From assembly GCF_006345805.1 (NCBI RefSeq), contig NC_042997.1:106020001-106084000 (forward strand): DNA of 64,000 nt, given 5' to 3'. Positions 53,050-64,000 of this stretch are shown here, piece after piece. Numbering within the stretch: the stretch's first letter is position 1; every line of letters starts with the position of its first letter. The notes under the pieces were generated by a model. That model saw only the letters and a program-made list of their open reading frames with translations. It was not told the DNA's origin and made no database searches. The stretch comes from Octopus sinensis (Eukaryota). The translations under genes were made by a program, and so were the position numbers.

Positions 53050-53940
53050 ATCAACATGAGGAGGAAATATAATTATCTTTCAAAAAATTAAAGAAAAATG
53101 TTTAAAACATGCTTACGAGGTCAGGCCAAAACATAGAATTAAACATTCCAAAATCCATCCGACAAGATACCAATCTGAAAAACCGTAAGTTATAAAAGGT
53201 TAGGAATAAAAAGAAGGAAAATAGAACAAGCAACACAGCAGCAAATAGGAAATACTGCGCAAATTGATTTCGCGTATCAAAACATATGTTGCTAACTGGG
53301 GAAGTATACAGTACAAAACAGACGAAACGCACGACAATAGACGAAGCCAGGAAACACTCCTCAACAGCACTAATGAAATACCAACTGGCCATCATACCAA
53401 TGTACCTTGGCGGCAGAGTAGTAAGGATAGAGATTGTCGATGTGCTCCAATGAGTAAATATCTGCTAACTGGTGGCGGCGGTTCTCTGCGATATTGATGA
53501 CAAAACTAACATTTTCGGGTTTAAAAGATGCAAAACCAAAATTTGCCTGCGAAGTGATGGAGATATTGATTCAAACGTATTATAAAAGTATGGAATTCAT
53601 CCTGGAATTGATTAATCTGCCAGGCTGCGCAGAATTGTACGTGACCTTTGAGGACAGAAAGTCAAGGTGTCACTCGTGTAGTAAGAGAAACCATCTTAAA
53701 CTTTCCGTTCACAGCAAAGAGCTAAGACATCCACCCCCATTTCTGCCGATACCATCACCACAACAGTAACAACACCTACAACACAAACGACAGGAGAACC
53801 AACGCCAGAGAGCAGTCACAATGGCAAAAATGCCAGTGACGGAGATCTAAAACGAGCAGCTGCAAAGGGAGTAGTAAAAGCAGCAGCAGCTACAACACTG
53901 CAAACAACTGTAACAAAAACAACAAAGAAAAACACCACCT
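53050..53940 (+). mobile_element. Degenerate L1/Tx1-like ORF1 remnant
   Basis: INLPGCAELYVTFEDRKSRCHSCSKRNHLK resembles an ORF1 zinc knuckle; A/C-rich sense strand; many stops. Confidence 0.5.
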
Positions 53941-54218
53941 TCATCATCATCATCATTGTTCGACCGTGGTCGAGACTTTCATAGTCTTTTCAAATGGCTA
54001 ATAATGTGTGCGCGCGCCACTACTACACACATTGGAAGGCATTGTACAACCAAGTACTAAAGAAGATCTTTCCTCCTCCATGAAACAAAGCTGTTCCCGC
54101 TGGACGCCAACCCAGTATTTCTAAGCTACGGACCGAGTGATTTATTGTAATGTTATCTCCCTAGATAGATTGCCTCCACTACGGCTAAGGAGCCCTTTCT
54201 ACCCCACCTTCAAGACCC
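53941..54218 (-). mobile_element. Short non-autonomous RTE-derived retroposon
   Basis: Minus strand ends TCGACC-AC-GGTCGA ACAA(TGA)n; its 5' part GGGCTCCTTAGCC..GGCAAT..TCTAGG resembles RTE 5' UTRs. Confidence 0.55.
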
Positions 54219-55038
54219 AGCATATCACCAGCATCGTTGTAATTGAAAGCCCACAAATAACAACAAAAACAAAAATTCTATGACACCGCCAATATATGGC
54301 CCTCCATATCTTGGACCACTCGGGCATGGCCTGTGGCGAAGGTGAGGAAAAAGAAACCTATAGGCAACAGGTAACAAAATGAAAAGAGAAATGGGAATAA
54401 ACACGCTAGCAAAAGACAAAACTGACTGAAAGACGCAAACGGGTGGGGGAAACACGTCGGTGTCGACGAAAATAGTTCAATTGTTTGATCAACTGAATTA
54501 CCTGCCCATTGAATAAGCCTGTAAGTGACTGGGCATTCTATAGACAAGTGCACGTTTCATATAAGTCGCAGGACGAATCTATGTGATAAACTGTGTGTGA
54601 CAAAACTGCACTTTCGAATTACATGTACAATCATCCGATGGGATTTAATACAGTTTCCATCAACACAATTTCACATACGGGGCAATAGAAAATACCTCCT
54701 GTCCAACATGTCACAATGTAGCATCAACCCTGGTGGATCTCATGGTTGTGAAGTGAACTTCATGTATGCAAGTATGTTCTCTGTTTGTGCGTGAGTGTGA
54801 GTATGTGTGTTTGCGTGTGTGTATGAGTGTGTGTGTGTGTATGTGTTTTGTTTGAATTTGTCTTATGCGACTTGATTACCGTTGTTTGTTTCTATATATA
54901 CCCGTAATTTTGCGGGTCAGCAAAGAGTTTAGGGATAGACTAATAACCTTAAAGTACTGGGATGGATTTGCTTAGCTAGACTTCAAGCCAGTCTCACAGT
55001 GTAACCGCAATCAAATGATGGAAACTACGAAAAGAGTA

Positions 55039-55094
<56 letters not shown>

Positions 55095-55448
55095 GTGTGT
55101 GTGCGCACGAGAGCTCACACACACGCATATATATATACATATATGTGTGTGCGTATATATACATACACACAAACACAAACAAACACAATCACACACATAA
55201 ACATATAAATATTTATTTACATATACCTATATGATTATGTATGTATTATATATGCACACAAATAAACACAGACACGCGTGTAGATGTATGAATGTATGCC
55301 TTTACTATGTATGTAAATCTGTATAATTGTACATATATGTAAGCATATATGTGCGTACAAAGAAAAAGAAAAGGCTCGATAAATAGAACGTAGATTTCAG
55401 TAATGAGAAAGAACAAAGGTAAGAGAGACAGAGAGAGAGAGAGGACAG

Positions 55449-55853
55449 ACTGGCAGAAACTTTAGCACGCCGGGCGAAATGCTTAGCAGTATTTCGTCGG
55501 CCGTTACGTTCTGAGTTTAAATTCCGCCGAGGTCAACTTTCATCCTTTCGGGGTCGATTAAATAAGTACCAGTTACGCACTGGGGTCGATATAATCGACT
55601 TAATCCGTTTGTCTGTCCTTGTTTGTCCTCACTGTGTTTAGCCCCTTGTGGGTAGTAAAGAAATAGAAATAGGTATTTCGTCTGCCGCTACGTTCTGAGT
55701 TCAAATTCCGCCGAGGTCGACTTTGCCTTTCCTCCTTTCGGGGTCGATTAAATAAGTACCAGTTACGCACTGGGGTCGATATAATCGACTTAATCCGTTT
55801 GTCTGTCCTTGTTTGTCCCCTCTGTGTTTAGCCCCTTGTGGGCAATAAAGAAA
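55449..55853 (+). mobile_element. SINE family B with a tandemly duplicated body, low divergence
   Basis: Head plus two near-identical ~184-bp units. Confidence 0.93.
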
Positions 55854-56511
55854 TGAGAAGGCATGTTTGCATGCAGATAGACATGTATGTGTGCATGTAT
55901 AGAAATGAAATTACGTGCCTCTGTATGTTTGTGTGTATGTATGTATGTATGTATGTATGTATGTATGTATGTATGTATGTATGTATGTATGTATGTGTAT
56001 ATGTATATATATGAGAGAGAGAGTGTGCGTGTGTGTGTATGTGTGTGTGCACGCACGTAGCGTATGCATCGTACAGCAGAAGGGGATACTGAAGGAGTGG
56101 ATTATCATCGATATGTCCAAAGACTTGAATGAACCCATTCTTTTATTTCGATTTGACTGACGTTGATGCCAGCTAAATTGAAAGCTTTACTATCACCTCA
56201 CACACTTTCCTTTTCTTCGCGTTCCAATATAAGCAACACCACTACCACCACCACCACCACCACTACAAATAACAATAACAGCAGCAACACCTATTTGGTC
56301 ATTTTTCCCCCCATTCGTTTACTTCCCTTTCACACTTAGTTTGCCATTAACACGACTTACAATCAATACGTCTCATAAAACACTTTAAATACGACACGTT
56401 CAATTACCAACAATTATCATTGAGCTACTAATCTCATAATTACTATTATTATGACCAGGGGAAAACTGTTCCTACAGCTGCTGCTGCTGTTGCTGTTGTC
56501 TTTGTCTTTGT

Positions 56512-56513
56512 TT

Positions 56514-56554
<41 letters not shown>

Positions 56555-56755
56555 TTGGTGGTACTAGTTGTGGTGGGGCGTATGATAGTTATGCTGGTGG
56601 TGGTAGTGGCGGTGGTAGTGCTGGTGGTTGTGATGTTAGTAGTAGTAGTAGTAGTGTTGGTGGTGGGGGTAGTTGTAGAAGTAGTGGTGGTAGTACTAGT
56701 TGTGGTGGGGCGCATGATAGTTATACTGGTGATGGTGATGGTGATGTTAGTAGTG

Positions 56756-56789
<34 letters not shown>

Positions 56790-56792
56790 ACC

Positions 56793-56830
<38 letters not shown>
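56512..56830. repeat. (GTA)n/(GTG)n array with a duplicated ~40-bp interruption
   Basis: GTACTAGTTGTGGTGGGGCG(T/C)ATGATAGTTAT occurs at ~56561 and ~56692. Confidence 0.93.
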
Positions 56831-56831
<1 letters not shown>

Positions 56832-57224
56832 TGATGCGGTTAGGTTATTGCTGTCGATGTTTTAGTATTTGTAGTGACTGCTGTTGAGTTTGATGTTTCT
56901 TGTTTTTAGCTATATTTACATAGCTTATTTCCCCGCCCCCTCACCTCTTACCTTTAAGGCTGTAGTTCTAACTGTTGTTGTTATTGTTGCAGTTGATTGT
57001 GGTGGTAGCAGGTGGTGTAGATGGTGGTGGTGGTACTGGTGCTGCTACTGCTGGTAATTATGATGCTCTTTTGATACTTTATATTATGTTTTTTTAAAGG
57101 CTTGCTATTGAGATGATTGGTCTTGTTTCTAGTACTGAAGTTGTGATGGCGGTTGATATTTTAGGTAAACACCAACACACACATAAACACAAGCACATAA
57201 ATAGAAGTGAATAATAACTATATT

Positions 57225-57625
57225 TATATTTCTTTACTGCCCACAAGGGGTTAAACGTAGAGGGGACAAACAATGACAGACAAACGGATTAAGTCGATTA
57301 TATCGACCCCTGTGCGAAACTGGTACTTTATTTATTGACCCCGAAAGGATGAAAGGTAAAGTCGAACACGGCGGAATTTGAACTCAGAACGTAGCCACAG
57401 ACGAAATACCTATTTCTTTATTACCCACAAGGGGCTAAACTTAGAGGGGACAAACAAGGACAGACATAGGTATTAAGTCGATTACATCGACCCCAGTGCG
57501 AAACTGGTACTTTATTTATCGACCCCGAAAGGATGAAAGGTAAAGTCGACCTCGGCGGAATTTGAACTCAGAACGTAACCACAGACGTAATACCGCTAAG
57601 CATTTCGCCAGGCGCGCTAGCAGAA
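57225..57625 (-). mobile_element. SINE family B with a tandemly duplicated body
   Basis: Reverse complement of the 55449-55853 architecture. Confidence 0.93.
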
Positions 57626-57704
57626 CCGCGAAAATCCAGACAATAACATAGCTATTCTCAATACGTTCTGGTAGATTCGAACTGGAGTATCTAATCGCTT
57701 TTTT

Positions 57705-58080
57705 TAATCCTTAAATCCTTAGAAATGTTTCAGTCCGAAAGCTACGGCCATGCTGGGGCACCACCGTTGATTGTGTTATATTAGTATGTGAAACCACCTC
57801 TGATACGTGGCACTTGGTCAACAAGGGAGTTCGACGCCACTGCCGCATTTGTGTTTCCTCTCGAGTAGTAGATTCATTTGGAACCCCTGACAAGAATAGA
57901 TCCAGTTTAGTTTTAAAGAAAACCACATCCACATCATGCAGGTCTCTCAGGCATTTAGGAAGAAATTTGAAGAGCTGTGGTCCCCTGAAACCCAAGCTGT
58001 TGCAGTATCTGGTCCTGTGTTTTGATGGTGATGTTGGGACCTTTTTGTACGATGCAGTGACGCCCCGTTCTGCTGGTGTT
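57705..58080 (-). mobile_element. CR1-like LINE 3' end with 3' UTR
   Basis: ORF 57711..58148: RTRYCNSLGFRGPQLFKFLPKCLRDL..FFKTKLDLFLSGVPNE; tail GGTGGTGCCCCAGCATGGCCGTAG..GACTGAAACA(TTTAAGGA-like)n. Confidence 0.82.
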
Positions 58081-58773
58081 TTTATATGGTTTTTCTGCTG
58101 TTTTTTTTTTTTTGGTTTTGCTTTTTTCGTTACCAGAAAACAAGGCACTTAAGGCAATGTTTCTGACACCTTGGTTTTTCAATCTTAATATGTTTCTTCA
58201 GTAAAACACAAATGTTGCAGAAGGGTATATTTGTGTCTGCGTGTAAGTATGTATGTATGTATGTATGGATGGATGGATGGATGGATGGATGGATGGATGG
58301 ATGGATGGACGGATGGATGGATGCATGTATGTATGCATGCATGTATGGATGTATGTGTGTAAGTAAATTTACATTATTTAAATTTAATACATTTATAAAA
58401 ACAACCATACACATGTTTAATAGATATATATAATGCTAATCATATATGTGTGCCTGTGTGTATGTGTGTGTGCATGTGTGTGTGTGCGCGTGTGTGTGTG
58501 TGTGTGTGTGTGTGTGCATTGGTTTTGTATGCAGCTAACAATTTTGTCGGATGAACTAAGTCGATGAGATTGATCCTGGTGCTCAACCGAAAATATGAAA
58601 AACAATGTTGACACCGGCGGCTTTTGAACTCAGAACGTAACGGCGGACGAAATGCCGCTACGCATTTTATTCAGCGTTCTAACGATTTGCCAGTGCGCCG
58701 CCTTATTTGTGTGTACATCTGTATGTATGTATGCATGTATGCATGTATGTATGTATATATGTATGAATGTATG

Positions 58774-58849
<76 letters not shown>

Positions 58850-58999
58850 CATATACAAATTTAAATAATAAGGGTAAAAATTGATATTAATTTGATGGAT
58901 ATCAAGTTAAACCAATGGCCTAGCATATTGAAAAAATCTGAAGATTCAGAAATATAATATTATATATATGGGGGTGGGGAGTGTGTGTGTGTGTGTGTA

Positions 59000-59160
59000 G
59001 TTGAGATTTATAGAAAAACAAAATCCGAAAACGGTTGTATAAACAACAAGCAAGTGTATTAGTTTGACGCTCGGGAAAAATGCAAAAGTTTCGAGCCTAC
59101 GCTCTTCAACAGAAAGGAATAAGAGAAAATAAACAGAGAGATAATGAAGAAAACCTTGTA
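59000..59160 (-). mobile_element. Penelope-like pseudo-LTR fragment with a relic hammerhead-like motif
   Basis: Minus: CUGUUGA-A-GAGC-GUAG-GCUC-GAAAC. Confidence 0.5.
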
Positions 59161-60489
59161 CCTTTCAATGGTTCAGCATAATTTAACTGTTTACTATTTC
59201 TGCGGTCGCTGTTGTAGCTGTAGCTGTTTTCATAATTGTGGTTATCTCATGGTCGGTGACAGTATATTTAGCGTTTTAGACTATTCTGACAATATGCTCT
59301 CTTTCTCGAATCTTTACAATGTGCGCACCCAGCTCCCACTTCAAATTGTGCGCCACCTCCCAGTCCTTTATTGTGCTCCGTCATGTCTTAGCTCTACGTT
59401 TTGTGGTCCCTTCTACCAGTTCTACAAAGTGCATTTCTTTCGCCCAAAATTTTCCTTTTCTGAGCTCTACATTATAAAATACCGTTAACAACTTTTTCTG
59501 CGGATTCCTACTGCCATCACCTGCATTACACCAGCTTAAAAGTTTAACAGAAAAATTATAATTAACTTGTGCACAAGAAATCTATAGTTTTATGGACTAT
59601 ATATCACCGACATATTTTTTAAAATCTCAGGCATATTTGGCAAGTAGTCATAAGGCCACAACTGCTTCTTCTTTCAAGCATTCACTTATCTTGTCATCTT
59701 TTGTTTTTCTGTTCCGAAAACAACACCTCTTGTTACCTTTGATTTCTTTTTCTTTTCTTTTGTTTTTGTCTTGTTTTGTTGTTTTTTTTTTTTCTATTTT
59801 AGTTGAATTAAGAAATTGTACCTGTAATTAGATGCTCTAGCCTTTTCACACTGAATCTATCTGAAAATTACGTTGAAGGTACGCGAGTCTGTGGAATATT
59901 CAACCAGTTATAGACTAATTTAATGAATAGGCTAAGTTAATGACTAGGTCGTTCAGTTGGTCAATTTATCATACATCTCCTGTGGAGACTTTAACATTGT
60001 GCTTACGAATATAATTAGTGTGTGTTGGTGTGGGTGGTGGGTGGGCATAAATTTAAAAGCAAACTGATTTCTAAAAGTCGTGAAGATATTTAGTTTAATT
60101 TTATTGTATATCTTCTTTGTTTGATGCAAATGACTGTTCGAAACTGATTTGTGTTTCTCCGAGATTCGCACAGTTATTTTTTTTTTATTATGTTATATTT
60201 ATTTATTACTTAGCTTTAATGAAACCAACTATTCTAATGCTAAAACCTAAGCCACCCCAATGAAAATGAGGGAATGATATATGTTGAGGTCACGTCGCTA
60301 TTGATGATGGTGATGATGATGACGACGACGAGGACGACGACGACGACGACAATGACGATGATGATGATGATGATTGAGAGGAAGATGGAGTTTACTTAGC
60401 AACAAAACCGCTGTCCGGACATGACAAAACTAATTAGAAAAGATATACATAGATACGCAAATATACACATAGTCACACAAACACGAACT

Positions 60490-61842
<1,353 letters not shown>

Positions 61843-63099
61843 GAGTGTCAATCTTGTTAAAAAGTATCACAATATATTTATTACTTTTTCTACCGTCTGC
61901 CACAGAATCTCAAGTGCTTACTAGTTTTTGAAAGATGAAGCTTGGTTTTGTTTTTCTTAACATCACTCATTCCCGGAGATTATTTTTCTTGTTTGTATTC
62001 TCGAAGTTTATCTTGCATATATATAGTGTTTCTGTAATTAGTTGATTTATTTCAGAGATGATGTACTTATATTAATTCTTATCACTTAAGTGTTTTAAGA
62101 AAATGATTAGTTTGTTTTCTGTTTTGTTTTAGGTTGTCGATGTTTTTGATTTGGGGAGGGGGCTTTATTATTATTATTTTTTTTTTTTTTGTTGCTAGAA
62201 TTATTTTATTGTCCGTAAGTTTGTTTCAATTCCAAGGAATAACTATGTTTATTTAAAACATAGATGTCGTTACAGAATGGAAGGTTACAGACAGATTCCC
62301 AGAGACAGAATGATAACGTCTTAGATTCCTACAGAAAAGACTAGAAGTTTTTGTTTTTACACAATATCTAGGGTCAGAAGACATGGTGAACTATTATGAC
62401 CTCTTCGAATTTAAGACATGAAATTTGATATATAAATTAACAATTCAAATTATTGATCAACAATTACTCCATCCTATGTCACCGAGGTTCGTACTTGACA
62501 CAGAGGTTTGACTGAAAACGTAAAATATCACTATAGTAGATCAACTGTTGTTGTGTAAAGTACTGTTTTGCAGGCTACTTTATAAATTACAAGAGAAATT
62601 TGGCAGGATAGAACAATACTACTTTCGGACCCAGGGAAGTAGGATCCTATTAAATGTCGCTATTCCTTCTGCCTAGCAGATGCCTAGCAGATATGCACTT
62701 CCTTGAAACTCTGAGTCCTAGATCGGGAGCAGCCTCCTATAAGTCCTGCCAATCTAACATGGGTTATGAATGAATATGTATACAAATACATGTTCATCTA
62801 TTGAATAATATATATTTGTTCTCGCTGTGAATTTAAGCAATGGAATGAATTAACAGAGTCGTAGAACATTGAATTAAATGCTTTGTGGGTGTCCAGCTCT
62901 CACTGATCTGAGTTCAAAACCCATTGGAAACCAGCTTGCCATTACTTCATTATGGGATCAATGCAGAACTTCAAGGAGATGGATTAGCAGAATTGTAAGA
63001 ACGTAGGAGGAATCATTTTGCAGTCTGTGTTCGAGTTCTGTACGTTTTAAGTTCAAAATCCCGCTTAAATTACCATTATTATGAAGTAACCTCCTCCCA

Positions 63100-63370
63100 A
63101 TCACAGATACAAAGAAGCACGCACACACACACACGCACATACACACACATACATACACACACACATACATACATATATGGGTTTCTTTCAGTTTCCGTCT
63201 ACCTAATCCACTCACAAAGCTTTGGTCGGCCCGAGGCTACAGAAGAAGCTACCTGCCCAAAGTACCATGCAGTGTGACTGAACCCAAAACCATGTGGATC
63301 CTCTTTAAGGCAGTGCTCCAACATGACCGTAGTCTAATGACTGAAACAAGTAAAAGAATAAAAGAGTAAC
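63100..63370. mobile_element. SINE-A 5' half (-, 63100-63298) joined to a SINE-A tail (+, 63300-63370)
   Basis: TTCAGTTTCCGTCTACC..GACTGAACCC, then AAGGCAGTGCTCCAACATG..GACTGAAACAAGTAAAAG. Confidence 0.8.
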
Positions 63371-63516
63371 TGTGGTTTCGGGAATTCAGTACTATGACAA
63401 AACTTTGGTCAGAACAGAAAAGTAATAACACATTTACTAAGTATTCGGTCCTATCCATTGTATATTTCTGTTACGCTTAAGGGGACAGGATATGCGGGAA
63501 AATTTACATTAAACTA

Positions 63517-63930
63517 GGCGCAGGAATGGCTGTGTGGTAAGTAGCTTGCTTATCAACCATATGGTTCCGGGTTCATTCCCACTGCGTGGCACCTTGAGCA
63601 AGTGTCTTCTACTATAGCCTCGGGCCGACCAAAGCCTTGTGAGTGGATTTGGTAGACGGAGACTGAAAGAAGCCCGTCGTATATATGTATATATATATGT
63701 ATGTGTGTATATGTTTGTGTGTCTGTGTTTGTCCCCACAACATCGCTTGACAACCGATGGTGGTGTGTTTACGTCCCCGTAACTTAGCGGTTCGGCAAAA
63801 GAGACCGATAGAATAAGTACTAGGCTTCCAAAGAATAAGTTCTGGGGTCGATTTGGTCGACTAAAGGCGGTGTTCCAGCATGGCCGCAGTCAAATGACTG
63901 AAACAAGTAAAAGAGTAAAGAGTAAAGAGA
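63517..63930 (+). mobile_element. SINE family A, full length (reference copy)
   Basis: GGCGCAGGAATGGCTGTGTGG A-box region, GGTTCATTCCC B-box, internal (TA/TG)n, tail (GTAAAAGA)n. Confidence 0.95.
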
Positions 63931-64000
63931 GAGTGCAACTACCATTGCTACTTAATTGGCCCCACCCAATCTTCATCAACGATCCATAATAGCAGTCGTC

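Noticed and set aside
54150-54215. HDV-like ribozyme at the head of the RTE-derived element
   Set aside because: I could not draw the full nested double pseudoknot in this copy.
56449-56797. Mucin-like Thr-rich ORF
   Set aside because: (GTA)/(GTG) microsatellite, open on both strands.

Overview
AT-rich eukaryotic non-coding DNA (intergenic or a very large intron). It is most likely from an octopus or other coleoid cephalopod; this is inferred from the tRNA-derived SINE families and the extreme compound-microsatellite load. I can support no host protein-coding exon. Almost every ORF in the supplied track is a translation of (TA)n/(TG)n/(TATG)n/(GATA)n/trinucleotide repeats or of SINE sequence. 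The window is a mosaic of at least four SINE families (labelled A-D here) and decayed LINEs (RTE, CR1/Jockey-like, L1/Tx1-like). It also contains Tc1/mariner remnants (one DD37D/maT), hAT MITEs with 8-bp TSDs, non-autonomous Helitrons and Helentron-type elements, and Penelope-like elements (PLEs). The most interesting block is 40970-45055. It holds a (TA)n-flanked PLE 3' end with a GIY-YIG endonuclease remnant and a complete minimal hammerhead ribozyme whose core carries a compensatory U3-A8 pair (UUGAAAA instead of CUGANGA). Directly beside it is a ~855-bp x 3.4 tandem array whose units carry permuted hammerhead-like core boxes on the same strand. Other notable items are an RTE with three C-terminal C2H2 fingers, a twin-priming-like RTE inversion, a 3' tail shared by a LINE and a SINE, a ~210-bp-arm fold-back duplication, and several inserts flanked by unusually long direct duplications. 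Coordinates were read by eye and may be off by a few bases.
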